A DNA stretch of 64,000 bases from an uncultured Bacteroidales bacterium (GCA_900317715.1 ONHS01000002.1:20183-84182), one strand, 5' to 3'. Positions 19,801-29,399 are shown, counted from the first letter of the stretch. The notes: generated by a model not told the origin, from the letters alone. Translations and numbers: made by a program.

Positions 19801-22800
19801 ATTTACAAAACATAATGTACAATTGCTTTTACGACCGCCAAATGTGTACGGTGCAGGACAACAACGCCTCGGGCTACAACACGCTCAAGATGACGGGCAC
19901 CGTCCTCCAAAATGTCTTCGGCACGGACTACTGGTCGTACCACGACAATGAATATCCCACTCTCAAAACGACTAAAAAAGACAGCACCTATTTCCGTATT
20001 TCGGTGAAGCCGTTGTTGCTCCCGGGCAATATGCCGGTGGACAAAGTCGTGCAACCTTTCTGCGGCGTCACGGGGAATGCTCTTGGCATCCAAGTTGAGT
20101 GGTCGCGATACGGGACAGCAACACCAACAGTGGACACTATACATCTGGCCGACAAAGACAGCATTACGCTGATCGGTTGCGGTATGGATACGTTGATAGT
20201 GAGCCACCCCAGCTATGGCTTCGAACGCCTGGTGCCGATTGTGGTAGCCGCAAAAGAGGCCACGGTGGAGACCGTGCACACATGCGGCAGCATCTACAAG
20301 TGGAACAAGAACAATAAGTATTATTACGAAACGGGATTCTACACCTGTGATACTTGCGCTAATAAACCGGCCTTGGACCTTACCATCACTCCTGTCACAA
20401 TCACCTCAACACTTATCAATAGCACTTGCGAGACGATCCCTGACGGCGCAGTGCTTGTATCGGTGACAGGGGGGCCCGGCAACGGATTCCGCTACCTGTG
20501 GACAAATTCCCTCACGGGAGACACCATCAGCAACACACCTGCCCTCACGAACATAACAGCCGGCTATTATTCAGTGACCGTGACCGATTCGCTTTTCCCG
20601 ACCTGTGAACAAACAAGTCCGCAACAATTGTTCTCATTTGACTCGGTAAAATTGACCATCAAGAGTTGTGACGCAAACAAAACCTACGACGGCACAGCGC
20701 TCACGGGCAACCGCTATGTGGTGACCGAGCAGGGCTTCGAACCCGATACCCTTCCCGCCGACAGCTTCGCCATCCTCGCCGACGGCGACACCCTGCGCGT
20801 CACGTTCGACAGTAACGCCGTCAATGCCGGAACATACGATAACAAATTCACCTACAGCATCTCCAACGGCATCGACCACAGCTGCCACTACGATGTCAAT
20901 ACGATTTTCGGCACTCTCTCCATCACCCCGCGCCCCGCCACCATCATCGTCAATGACACCAGCAAAACCTACGGAGATGAAGACCCCGTTTTCTCCGGTA
21001 CAGTCACTGGACTTGTCAACAGCGATAGCCTCGTAATCCACTATTTCAGGAGTTCCAACATAGAAACCGTGGGTAACCACCCCGACATACTGACCGCCGA
21101 GCTAAACGAAAACTATACGGTGACCATCGACTCGGGGGATCTCACCATCTCCTGCCGCGATCTCTTGAACAAAATTGACACTGCCAATTGGCCCGACGAC
21201 ATCGAGAACTGGAACGAATGCTATTCCCCATCCAACACCAACGCGCTGCCTTCTATCGACAGTATCAAAAAACTGATAATCAAGCAACTGATACTGGCCA
21301 ACAACGACACGTTGCAACCCGATGCCTTCCAAGTGCTCACAAAGGATTCGACGATATTGGCTAACAACTGCGATTGGAAGTGGGTACGCACCTATACCGT
21401 CAAGATTTCCAACCCCAACTTTTGCGATTCGACAAGCAGAGTCATTTACGTGAGCGGCGGCGACCAGTCGGCTCCTGTGCGCTCTATCAACGATCTTTGG
21501 AAATACGGCACATTATATCAGGATGCCTGCTTGGCCAGTTTCGACATAGACCATTTTTTCCCCCAAGACACGGATCTCTTCGACGACTGCAGCCAAATGA
21601 CCATCACCCACAAGGACACCCACACCGGCGACGACCACTACGGATGGACGATCCGCCGTTCGTATGTGGTGACGGATGCCTGCGGCCATACCATTTACGA
21701 TACCATCGAGGTCTCCGGCCGCGACCAGACGCCCCCTGTGGCTAGCAACCCCGAGGTTAAAAACAACACCCTATGGGCCGATTCTGCCCAGTGCCTCTGC
21801 GACAGCATCCGTACTATCCATGACATAGAGGAATTGACGACTATCTTCGGTATCAGCGACGCCTGCTCTGGCGAGGATGTCCGCCTGGTGAGTTCGTCGA
21901 AAACGCTGAAAACCGGCGAACACTGCGACTACACGGTGATCATCGCCTACGTGGTGGCCGATGCCTACGGCAACTCGACGACCATCTATCATGCGCAGTT
22001 CATCCAAGACACGATAGGGCCTACCTTCGAGATCGTCCCCCATGACACTACCCTGTGCGTTGACCCCGACGGCGACTACGGAAACACCGTCACCCGTGTC
22101 GCAGCCGAAATAACGATTACGAATCTGCGCGACAGCTGCACAAAAGTGCAGGATAATTTCAGTATCCAAAGCTCAATAGATACTTCCCGCTTTAACATTC
22201 AACATCCTCGGGGGTATAGAATAACTCAGGGCGAATCTGACAATGGCGTGCGACACTACAAGCAACTCTGGACCGTGACCGACTCCTGTGGCAACACCAC
22301 CTACGATTCGATCTCCATCCACGTTCGTCCTTTGCCGAAAATCACTGAAATCAACGTACCCGATCAACACATCATCTACGGCAATCCTATCACGGATGTG
22401 TGGATATATCATCAGTACTCCGACCTTTCCATAACGGGTTCGTCCGGCATTGGATTGGACTCGCTCGGATGCTCTGTAGAACATAAAAAAGACCAAAATA
22501 ATAATGAATATGACAGAGTGTATGGCGATCCTGAATTCGCCGTCTCTAACGCCAAGTTTCTCGTTACGGCCACCAGCCGCCAGGGATGGGGCTGCAGCAT
22601 CGATAGCAGCACCTTCAGCATCAAGGTGGAACCGAGACCTATCGTCATCACCGCCACCGACGCCACCAAGAAGTACGACGGCACCCCGCTGACCTCGAAC
22701 AACTACACCTGTACGACGAACGATAACAAACCTGCCCTCGTCCATGATGACGTTATTTCACGCTTGTCCTTCAGCGGCAGCCGGACTGATGTAGGTTCAT

Positions 22801-25800
22801 GCGAAAACACCCCCGGCAATGCAAAAATCACCGCCCCGAACGACACCACCATCGACAAGACCTCCAGCTATTCGATTGACTACTACCCCGGGACGCTGAC
22901 GGTAACGGTAAATGACACCCTCATCAAGGTTATCCCCGGCAGCGCAAGCAAGGTTTACGACGGCACACCGCTGACGAAGAATGAGCACGACGACTTCACC
23001 GTGACGGGCGTTCCCGAAGACCTCACCTGGACCGCCACCGCCGACGGAACGGTGACGAACGTAGTTCCCGGCGTGGGCGAGAAGGCCGTGAATGCGGTGA
23101 CCTCGTTCCAAATCTTCGACGCCGATGGCCATGATGTGACCGCCTATTTCACCAATATCCATAAAGACTCGATTGGCACGCTGACCATTCTTCCCAAAGC
23201 GGTGACCCTGACCAGCGGTGGCAAGACCCGCGAGTACAACGGCACGGCACTGACGAACGATGAGGTGGAAGGCAGGAATGCCAACGGCCTGACAGTAGAG
23301 ACCGGCTGGGTCGGTGAAGAGGGGGCAACCTACACCTTCACCGGCAGCCAGACAATCGTCGGCAAATGCGCGAACGCCTTCGACTATACCCTGAAAGAGA
23401 ACACGACAGCTTCCAACTACCACATCGTCAAGACCGAAGACACGCTGGAAATCACCGCCAACACAACGCCGATTGTGATCACCTCTGCCAACGGCAGCTG
23501 GATGTATGACGGCAACACGCACACGAAGCCGGAATACACGGTGACTTACGGCGGCACAGGCATCAACGCGGTGCCTGGCAGCAACGGCCTGCAGTTCGAG
23601 CTGCCTATCGGCGACACCCTGACGGTCACTCCGACGTGCGGCGGGGTCACGACTTTCAGCGACAACAGCGCGAACAACAACAGCTACGATTTCACCATCC
23701 AGCATCAGGATCAATATGCATACATCACCGCCACTTACGGCACGCTGAGTATCACCGCCAACACAACGCCGATAACGGTTGTCCCGGCTGGCGGCACCAA
23801 GCCCTACAACGGCACGCCGCTGACGAAGACGGCACAAACAGATTTCACCGTGACGGGCGTTCCCGAAGGCTTCACCTGGACAGCTACGGCGGATGGCACG
23901 GTGACGAATGTGATTCCCGGAGACGGCGAGAAGACCGTGAACGCGGTGTCAGAGTTCAAGATATTCCGAGGCACTGCAGATGTGACCGCCTATTTCACCA
24001 ATATTAATACAACCTCGACCGGCACGCTGACCATTCTTCCCAAAGAGGTAACCCTGACCAGCGGCAGCAAGACACGTGAGTTCAACGGCACGGCACTGAC
24101 GAACGCTGAAGTGGAAAGCACAAATGCTAACGGTCTGACAGAGGAGACCGGCTGGATTGACGGCGAGGGCGCAACCTACAGCTTCACGGGCAGCCAGACA
24201 ACCGTCGGCAAGTGCGTGAACGCCTTCAGCTATACCCTGAAAGAGAACACGACAGCTTCCAACTACCACATCGTCAAGACCGAAGACACGCTGGAAATCA
24301 CCGCCAACACGACGGCAATCAAGGTTGTCCCGGCTGGCGGCAGCAAAACCTACGACGGCACAGCGTTGACGAAGACAGCGCCCGAAGACTTCACCGTGAC
24401 GGGTGTGCCCGAAGGCTTCACTTGGACAGCCACCGCCGACGGCACCGTGACGAACGTTGTTCCTGGCACTGGCGAAAAATCCGTGAACGCGGTAACAGCG
24501 TTCAATATCTTCCAAGGCATCACGGATGTCACGAACCAGTTTGCCGGTATCAACAAGAGTGCGACCGCCACTTTGTCTATCACCCCGGACACGGTGACCC
24601 TGACCAGCGGCGGCAAGGCCCGCGAGTATAATGGTTCGGCACTGACGAACGCCGAAGTGGAAGGCAGGAATGCCAACGGCCTGACAGTGGAGACCGGCTG
24701 GGTCGGTGAAGAGGGGGCAACCTACACCTTCACCGGCAGCCAGACAATCGTCGGCAAATGCGTGAACGCCTTCAGCTATACCCTGAAAGAGAACACGACA
24801 GCTTCCAACTACTACATCATCAAGACCGAAGACACGCTGGAAATCACCGCCAACATGGCGGAGATCACGGTTGTCCCCGGCAGCGGCAGCAAGGTTTACG
24901 ACGGCACGCCGCTGACGAAGACGGCGCATGGCGACTTCACGGTGACGGGGGTGCCTTCAGGCTTCACCTGGACAGCCACCGCCGACGGCACGGTGACGAA
25001 CGTCACACCAGGAGCGGGCGAGAAAGCCGTGAATGCGGTGACCTCGTTCCACATCTTCGACGCGGAAGGCGACACTGTGACCGCCTATTTCGCCAATATC
25101 GACACAAGCGAGACCGGCACGCTGACGATCACCCCGGTATCCGTCCTTGTCAACGCAAATGCGAATAGCAAGATCTACGGCGAAGCAGATCCAACGCTTA
25201 CCGCCACGGTCACGGGCGTACTCGAAAACGACGATTTCGTCCCGAGCTACACCATCTCGCGCGAAACCGGCAACAATGTCGGTCAATACATCATCACGCC
25301 CACCGGTGATGTCGCCCAAGGCAACTATACCGTCACCTACGACACGGCACTGTTCACCATTCTCTGCCGCAATATCGTGGAACCCACCAATTGGCCTGCA
25401 AACCTCACAAATCAGAACAATTGTTTCGCCAACGCGGACATGACAGTCCTGAAAGATGCAAGCGAGATACAGACACTCTTTGCGAACTGCAACCCCGTCA
25501 CGAATGCCAGTGAAATCACCGTGACGGCGCAGGACAATGCCACTGCGACCAGCGATTGCGAATGGACGTGGATCCGCACCTACAACATCTCGATTACCGG
25601 TGGTTGCGCTTCGACGACGAAGACGATGAGCGTTAGCGGCGGCGACCATACCGCACCGGCCTTGACCGGCACTTGGCCCGGCAACATCGAAAATGTGAAC
25701 AGCTGCTTTAACGACACCTTGCAGAACATGCTCTACACCAACGCCCAGGTGAAAGCCCTCTTCTCCGACTGCGGAGAGTTCACCGTGGACAGCACCTTGA

Positions 25801-27881
25801 CCATCTCGGGCAACAACTGTTCATGGATCGTCACCAAAGCCTACACCGTGAAAGATGCGTGTGGCAATATTTACCACACCTCCGGCAACACACTGCCCAG
25901 CATGAGCGTCAGCGGCGGCGACCACACCAAGCCCAGTTTCAACGTTCCCGCAGCGATCTCCCTTTGCGCTAACGACGACGGTTCCTTCAACATTTCCCCT
26001 GACATCACAGGCAATGTAACGGTTGCTACCGACAACTGCACCGCATCAGAGGACTTGACCGTTTCGTTCACAGACGGGGACACCATCACTTTACCGAACG
26101 GAAAAAGTCAGACCATCAGGACTTGGACGGTGACCGATGCGTGCGGCAACGATTCTTCGCAAACGCAGACCATCACCATCAACCCTCCTGTGGAACTTGA
26201 CGTGACCAATACCACGCAAACCATCATCTTGGGCGAAAATATTGAAAACGTCCATGTCTCATACAACTACGCCGACCTCTCATACAGCACTCTGCCTGAT
26301 GGTTTGAGTTACAACTCTTCTACTAATATACTGTCCGGCATCCCGACGGAAGTGGGCGATTACACGGTGACCTTCACGGCTGCGAGCGACCAAACACCCT
26401 CCTGCGGCAGCAAGCAGGAAACGGTCAACATCACGGTTCTCCGCATCCAAGCACCGGTTGTGGTGACCTCCGATTCCGCAGTCAAGTTCTACGACGGTCT
26501 TCCACTCGTGAGCCACCACTACACCGTCACGCTCGGTCAGGACACCATTCCCGCTGACGATGCCACCGGTTTGCTCTTCACCCTACCCTACGGCGACAAG
26601 ATTACCGTCACCCCGAATCCGGAGAGCACCCTCACCAACGCGGGCAGTATTGACAACCTCTTCAGCTGTGTCCTTGAGAATCCGCATCACTACGAATCGT
26701 TCAGCGAGCAATATGGCAAGCTGATCATCAACAGGGCAACGCTCAGCATGGAATTGGACACCGCCCGCACGTATGACGGACATCCGCTCGTGGTGACTGC
26801 CGACCAGTTGCACATCACGGGACTCGCTGCCACTGACATCATCACCAGCGGCACTATCACCACTGATGGCTACTCAGCCGGCACCTACGTCTGCGAAGAA
26901 GGTGGCTTCAATGCCTTCATGGAAAACGGTGTCGCCATAAAGAGCGATTTCGCCATCAACAACGGTTTGAGCAACTACACGCCCGTCTTCAACGTCACGC
27001 TGCGCATCCTGCCCATCACCGAAGGCTTTGAATGCCCCGACGATCTCCTCTTTGTGCTGACAGAAGGTACCTCCGACACGATGGTGACCCTTCCGGCCAG
27101 CGCCACCCTGACGCCAAGCGTTGAGCGCACCGTCATCAGCAACAACCTCGAAAGCCTGAACCCGCTGACGGCAGGCACGCACACCATCGTCTGGACTCTC
27201 TCCGACGACCTCGGCAATGCGATGACCAGCTGCGAGCAGACCGTGACCGTGGAATACACTCCGTGCGTAGGGGTCACCTACCACGACCACTTCTACGATG
27301 CCGTGCGTATCGGTTCTCAATGCTGGCTCACCGAGAACCTGCGGAACTCCCAAACCAGCAACAACGATGCGATTGCCAACTACCACGCTTACAAGGATGA
27401 CGAAGAGAATTTGCAGAAGTTCGGCTACCTCTACTCTTGGTACTCCGCGATGAATGTCCCCGAGGGCGACGACACTGCCCTTCCTGCCGACTCTATCGGT
27501 GACAACGGACGGCCTTACGTGCAAGGCATCTGTCCGACGGGTTGGGCCGTGGGTAACACGACAGATTTCGCCATCCTCAGCACGACAGTCGGGGATGCCA
27601 CGTTGCTGAAAGACGCAGGAGCCAGCTATTGGGCAACAGGCCGCGGAGGTGTCACGCCTAACAGCGGTTTCAACGCCCGGGGCGGCGGTCTTTACAACTC
27701 CACACTGCAGCGCTTCGAGGATCTGCTCACCGGCGACCACTACTGGAAGCCTGAGAGCACCCCCAACAGCACTGTTGCTGGCAGCGCCGTCATCAACTAC
27801 TTCTGCGACTCCATCATGAGTGAAGAGAGTCTGAAGACCGACTTGAGGAGCGTGCGATGCATCCGCAAAGTGGCTCAGTAG
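13812..27881 (+). CDS. Giant (4689-aa) cell-surface protein: GLUG-like Gly-rich beta-helix repeats, one SprB-like repeat, MBG-like (YDGT[AP]LT) domains, HYR-like modules, C-terminal FISUMP (Fibrobacter succinogenes major paralogous) domain
   Basis: One uninterrupted ORF. It has dozens of GG[IVL][AVC]G repeats (about 14.1-19.9 kb) and an SprB-like unit (CETIPDGAVLVSVTGGPGNGFRYLW..AGYYSVTVTD). K[TV]YDGT[PA]LT MBG-like units and HYR-like W.V.D.CGN...V.V.D...P units follow. The C-terminus reads GSQCWLTENLR...FGYLYSW..CPTGW. Confidence 0.9.
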   Translation: MTTKLIILIVVGLLVFGALLCIIVKAWRYRRNHPDEVYWPYNGPLHKKKKSKTCHKTLLVATLILSTLMWTNGLMAQNGTPDGTREHPYPIGDISTLISFAQCINNNQPFAFENGKFVFDIDGNIPAGGADTYFEQTADIDMNSANWNIPIGKQNKGFEGTYLGGGHKIMNLTLTADNRALFCHSKGHISDLTIESPVFEGTFNDGGALATYVMGGTIDNCHVTGNDLVFNGKDCGALIGWVGQLSDYFKADSIRISNCSNRCHITSTYQQSNANDQNSVAGVVAVINARHYVVTRCFNTGDITSTYRPKFQNDELCFAGVVGRGLLPNYPSEITYCYNRGDITAHCGYLGGVAGFFNDEAGISNSTRCAIDYCFNTGNITGECVLNSDDPSVHTDADSSLNVFSLGGVVAPCKTPTRYCFNTGNVTLTKHPHPKFNIWGDQGVAGVGSSAKHCFNVGEINNYEERNGRAAGVARDTAAFCLNAACVYDRNPKYTFSPHNIARIIIGDCFSDAQMSVDGQDGNLYPTSKIIGESSKGQLGKDWIYEDGRYPRLKWTDTCDWARDIAKVACTPIILADTVTDIHHVKNGIRLTGCDNGVVWKAPEGNCLFVDPTLANTACSNNAIQPALQPLCGDFVTVAATLNGDTIKTVTLLRSVAMPHDTLTVDNLDDLKTLRDGVNTGKAFPYKSYEVPRYADGVTFKLTTDLDMQSESPWAPIGSVFSGSRFAGHFLGGGHTIDNLSLDDATPYIYKNANVGGLFGMLSGEVRDLTFTNLHANSTTIVAGAVCALMNGATIENCIVKGHIETSRSSNNYAISGTAGLAGASLTTRDQDFNFFCRDTIRNCVNYADIITHVGRGANIASHSVGGIIGHGGVVIDCANAGDISGGSECGYIGGIGGDMTSALRCFNTGRVTIAEAPQAIDYFVGGVVGKNEYDSTIMYCYNAGTVDGSDRSPVGGIVGYGAPRYCYMTNTVTGRGKYLGSIAGTVNPNTRDCYYDKQMSPLGGENGQDASGRSLVGLETTGMLGSALQSSLGDPANWIFTPGLYPQLAISADVETQHAASLRAQLSRVSVMPVVLGHGQNWMSAHDSIPLRGCDEHHFWTKLQGCVTVDSCHVTATNRDMGVIELAATIDSVPYRFVTLKFNMDEKHALVIKNAAQFDTMRMVINKGGYYHYSDSTFHTAIPANADSTDFVAIDDGGNERFFKLITDIDINDIKEEGHVRGWIPVGGFADDCCAIYEGNPFKGTFDGCGHTIRHLTFQRYDNFHPTDFCDHHQGLFGTVDGGTVKNLRIAQSDTTLGNSSAFLCSVNKGGTLYHCEIDSCSLTIRYGASDAERYNHALLCAKNEGGTIDSCQVRNSVIAPDSSSLASISNIGGVCALNDRGVVSRCIAEHLSINDPRQEQGALQSVGGICGKNFHGQLQFGTIKNSQITLKMNLPHKFIGGICGLSGYDPDKDTDEQTYAHIPSVISDCNSDSTIINAYTHGDNDSTKKIMNIGGIVGSCQGRIIQLERCSTMENSRILAVADTVGGICGRFCGEGGESYCNTCGNNASVTGNDYVGGIVGLMSGAQLHEGNNQGEVRSLIDFEYNSGYYAGGIAGAVVGESSLFSCNNSGTVAADSSYVGGIAGALMGESNLFLCSNHGDVSGFNQVGGLAGLILKDAWFEESTNNGLVRGIAQVGGLVGYLKSSTGNRCSKNNNYADTIHFSAMGGGVCGYAEDTTMLEGCSSVMILPYDTIIRIQSVEELGLIRDNVNNGSNSYEGIVIVLDWDLNLGNGWTPIGTPKHPFRGTFDGQDHTIIFGIYNESNDYQGFFGYMQGTVKNVNFSQCSVIGRNYVGVIAGYCNGTISNCYSYREKVEGEKYVGGLVGMASYSEIQDCFNGNNVFGEQYVSGIVGDFASCKNDNCYGTMKYDLYGGNVSRCYNYGMVRATGDTSHVGGIAGFTSAEVKHCYNSGIVDGKDFVGGLCGLLDGDNLHHCYNAGYVSATGNNKGAICGSLDLQNIMYNCFYDRQMCTVQDNNASGYNTLKMTGTVLQNVFGTDYWSYHDNEYPTLKTTKKDSTYFRISVKPLLLPGNMPVDKVVQPFCGVTGNALGIQVEWSRYGTATPTVDTIHLADKDSITLIGCGMDTLIVSHPSYGFERLVPIVVAAKEATVETVHTCGSIYKWNKNNKYYYETGFYTCDTCANKPALDLTITPVTITSTLINSTCETIPDGAVLVSVTGGPGNGFRYLWTNSLTGDTISNTPALTNITAGYYSVTVTDSLFPTCEQTSPQQLFSFDSVKLTIKSCDANKTYDGTALTGNRYVVTEQGFEPDTLPADSFAILADGDTLRVTFDSNAVNAGTYDNKFTYSISNGIDHSCHYDVNTIFGTLSITPRPATIIVNDTSKTYGDEDPVFSGTVTGLVNSDSLVIHYFRSSNIETVGNHPDILTAELNENYTVTIDSGDLTISCRDLLNKIDTANWPDDIENWNECYSPSNTNALPSIDSIKKLIIKQLILANNDTLQPDAFQVLTKDSTILANNCDWKWVRTYTVKISNPNFCDSTSRVIYVSGGDQSAPVRSINDLWKYGTLYQDACLASFDIDHFFPQDTDLFDDCSQMTITHKDTHTGDDHYGWTIRRSYVVTDACGHTIYDTIEVSGRDQTPPVASNPEVKNNTLWADSAQCLCDSIRTIHDIEELTTIFGISDACSGEDVRLVSSSKTLKTGEHCDYTVIIAYVVADAYGNSTTIYHAQFIQDTIGPTFEIVPHDTTLCVDPDGDYGNTVTRVAAEITITNLRDSCTKVQDNFSIQSSIDTSRFNIQHPRGYRITQGESDNGVRHYKQLWTVTDSCGNTTYDSISIHVRPLPKITEINVPDQHIIYGNPITDVWIYHQYSDLSITGSSGIGLDSLGCSVEHKKDQNNNEYDRVYGDPEFAVSNAKFLVTATSRQGWGCSIDSSTFSIKVEPRPIVITATDATKKYDGTPLTSNNYTCTTNDNKPALVHDDVISRLSFSGSRTDVGSCENTPGNAKITAPNDTTIDKTSSYSIDYYPGTLTVTVNDTLIKVIPGSASKVYDGTPLTKNEHDDFTVTGVPEDLTWTATADGTVTNVVPGVGEKAVNAVTSFQIFDADGHDVTAYFTNIHKDSIGTLTILPKAVTLTSGGKTREYNGTALTNDEVEGRNANGLTVETGWVGEEGATYTFTGSQTIVGKCANAFDYTLKENTTASNYHIVKTEDTLEITANTTPIVITSANGSWMYDGNTHTKPEYTVTYGGTGINAVPGSNGLQFELPIGDTLTVTPTCGGVTTFSDNSANNNSYDFTIQHQDQYAYITATYGTLSITANTTPITVVPAGGTKPYNGTPLTKTAQTDFTVTGVPEGFTWTATADGTVTNVIPGDGEKTVNAVSEFKIFRGTADVTAYFTNINTTSTGTLTILPKEVTLTSGSKTREFNGTALTNAEVESTNANGLTEETGWIDGEGATYSFTGSQTTVGKCVNAFSYTLKENTTASNYHIVKTEDTLEITANTTAIKVVPAGGSKTYDGTALTKTAPEDFTVTGVPEGFTWTATADGTVTNVVPGTGEKSVNAVTAFNIFQGITDVTNQFAGINKSATATLSITPDTVTLTSGGKAREYNGSALTNAEVEGRNANGLTVETGWVGEEGATYTFTGSQTIVGKCVNAFSYTLKENTTASNYYIIKTEDTLEITANMAEITVVPGSGSKVYDGTPLTKTAHGDFTVTGVPSGFTWTATADGTVTNVTPGAGEKAVNAVTSFHIFDAEGDTVTAYFANIDTSETGTLTITPVSVLVNANANSKIYGEADPTLTATVTGVLENDDFVPSYTISRETGNNVGQYIITPTGDVAQGNYTVTYDTALFTILCRNIVEPTNWPANLTNQNNCFANADMTVLKDASEIQTLFANCNPVTNASEITVTAQDNATATSDCEWTWIRTYNISITGGCASTTKTMSVSGGDHTAPALTGTWPGNIENVNSCFNDTLQNMLYTNAQVKALFSDCGEFTVDSTLTISGNNCSWIVTKAYTVKDACGNIYHTSGNTLPSMSVSGGDHTKPSFNVPAAISLCANDDGSFNISPDITGNVTVATDNCTASEDLTVSFTDGDTITLPNGKSQTIRTWTVTDACGNDSSQTQTITINPPVELDVTNTTQTIILGENIENVHVSYNYADLSYSTLPDGLSYNSSTNILSGIPTEVGDYTVTFTAASDQTPSCGSKQETVNITVLRIQAPVVVTSDSAVKFYDGLPLVSHHYTVTLGQDTIPADDATGLLFTLPYGDKITVTPNPESTLTNAGSIDNLFSCVLENPHHYESFSEQYGKLIINRATLSMELDTARTYDGHPLVVTADQLHITGLAATDIITSGTITTDGYSAGTYVCEEGGFNAFMENGVAIKSDFAINNGLSNYTPVFNVTLRILPITEGFECPDDLLFVLTEGTSDTMVTLPASATLTPSVERTVISNNLESLNPLTAGTHTIVWTLSDDLGNAMTSCEQTVTVEYTPCVGVTYHDHFYDAVRIGSQCWLTENLRNSQTSNNDAIANYHAYKDDEENLQKFGYLYSWYSAMNVPEGDDTALPADSIGDNGRPYVQGICPTGWAVGNTTDFAILSTTVGDATLLKDAGASYWATGRGGVTPNSGFNARGGGLYNSTLQRFEDLLTGDHYWKPESTPNSTVAGSAVINYFCDSIMSEESLKTDLRSVRCIRKVAQ
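22906..25140 (+). repeat. Intragenic tandem repeat: three and a half copies of a unit of about 543 nt (181 aa), interrupted once by a 300-nt module
   Basis: Unit boundaries at ...LEITANTT/MA... (about 23450, 24295, 24838). Stretches of about 150 nt carry only about 4 mismatches between copies (e.g. 23275-23425 vs 24665-24815). Confidence 0.85.
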
Positions 27882-27918
27882 TCGGCGAATCGGACCATTT
27901 TTTGCGAACACGAAAAAA

Positions 27919-27949
27919 AGCCCTGGCTCAACGGAGTCAGGGCTTTTTC
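27919..27949. terminator. Bidirectional intrinsic terminator between convergent genes
   Basis: AGCCCTG-gctcaacggagt-CAGGGCT, flanked by A7 upstream and T5 downstream. Confidence 0.7.
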
Positions 27950-27986
27950 AGCTATGAAAAGAGAGTTTATGGTGCCTTTTTCGTCA

Positions 27987-29249
27987 TCACCACCGTTCCA
28001 CGAAATCTCTAACCAACTTGAAGACAGGCTCGTAAGAAACGAAAATGGCATTTTCATAGTTATCCAAAGGGGTATGATAATAGGGGAAGGCATCGCCGCT
28101 CTCATTCTCGAAAAGGATGCTCGGGACTCCTTTTTGGGTGAACGGATAATGGTCGCTGTTACCAGCCAACTCGCCGCGATTCAGCCCCTTAAAGTAGTGC
28201 TTTTCTCCATTGATTTTGTCGAACAACTCAAAACCGCGGTCGGAATTGGTTTCGACATATTGCACAGGGTTGTTGTCGCCAATCATGTCAATGTTGATGA
28301 GGAATTTGATTCGATCCAACGGAACCGTCGGGTGCGCGACATACCATTCCGAACCGCGCAAACCTGCGTCCTCTCCTGAAAAAGCGATGAAGTACATGTC
28401 GTACTCCGGGCGATTTTGCGCGTAATAGGCTGCCAATGTGACGATTGAAGCCGTACCGGAGGCATTGTCGTTCGCGCCCGCGTAGAAGACCTTCTTGCCG
28501 AGATTGCCCAAATGGTCGTAATGTGCCGTGAAGACAAAACAGCTATCGTGGCGACGACCCTCCACCTTGGCAATAACGTTGAAAAGCTCATAATCTTTCA
28601 AAAATTTGTTCTCGATGTTGACCGTGATGCTATTGGCACCTTGCGGAAAATTGGACGCCCAAATTACAGGTTTCCCCGTAACGCGCTCACCGTAAGCCTT
28701 ATAGAATTTGAGATGGGGTTCCCAAAGTTGGATCATACCCGCGTTGGCACAGCTTTTCCCGCCCCAAATTTTCTGAAAATCTTGGTAATGACGGTAGGAG
28801 AACCAAAAGTCGCAAACCACGAAACAGTCCTTGTACTCGGGTTTCGCAAGGTCGGCGAACATCTTCGCAGCGTCGTAGTTGTTCGTATCGACGTAATAAA
28901 GCTTGTAGGTGCCACGCACGCCGGGCGAGTACTCGCGCATGGAAAAATCGATGCCGGGAGTCAACTTCTTGCCATCCACGCTCATCTCCATCTTGCTCGG
29001 GAAGGTGTTGATGTTGATGGTAAACGGCTGGCATTCAACATAATCAACCCCAGTTTTGGAAAACTCCTTTTGCAGGTATTTGCCCGCCTTGTTCGCACCG
29101 CCATAGTAATAGCCGCGACCCTGGTATTTTGCGGAAGACAACTCCTTCAGAACTTGTTTGTAATGCGCCAAATCCTGCGCTTGCAGAGACGACACGCACA
29201 TCGTTTCTACGAATATAAACACCCATGCAAATAAAAACAGTTTTTTCAT
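27987..29249 (-). CDS. M28-family aminopeptidase (secreted)
   Basis: Signal peptide, FVFTAHYDHLG, GANDNASGTASIV, FIAFSGEDAGLRGSEWY, NSDHYPF. Confidence 0.88.
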   Translation of the reverse strand: MKKLFLFAWVFIFVETMCVSSLQAQDLAHYKQVLKELSSAKYQGRGYYYGGANKAGKYLQKEFSKTGVDYVECQPFTININTFPSKMEMSVDGKKLTPGIDFSMREYSPGVRGTYKLYYVDTNNYDAAKMFADLAKPEYKDCFVVCDFWFSYRHYQDFQKIWGGKSCANAGMIQLWEPHLKFYKAYGERVTGKPVIWASNFPQGANSITVNIENKFLKDYELFNVIAKVEGRRHDSCFVFTAHYDHLGNLGKKVFYAGANDNASGTASIVTLAAYYAQNRPEYDMYFIAFSGEDAGLRGSEWYVAHPTVPLDRIKFLINIDMIGDNNPVQYVETNSDRGFELFDKINGEKHYFKGLNRGELAGNSDHYPFTQKGVPSILFENESGDAFPYYHTPLDNYENAIFVSYEPVFKLVRDFVERW

Positions 29250-29399
29250 CGTCTTGAAATTTTAATTTTCGACCGCAAAAATACAAGTGATTTTGAAATG
29301 GGATTTTAAGAAAACGGAAAAGTTCTTAAAAAAAATAGTAGGCACTTGATGAAGGAGGCTCTGCCATCCCGAACATAGAGGAACATAATATATTGAGAA

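Noticed and set aside
27260-27881. A T9SS C-terminal sorting domain at the end of the giant protein.
   Set aside because: The last ~200 aa match the FISUMP pattern (CWLTENLR, YGYLYSW, CPTGW) rather than a CTD beta-sandwich signature that I can recognise. The question is left open as a check rather than a claim.
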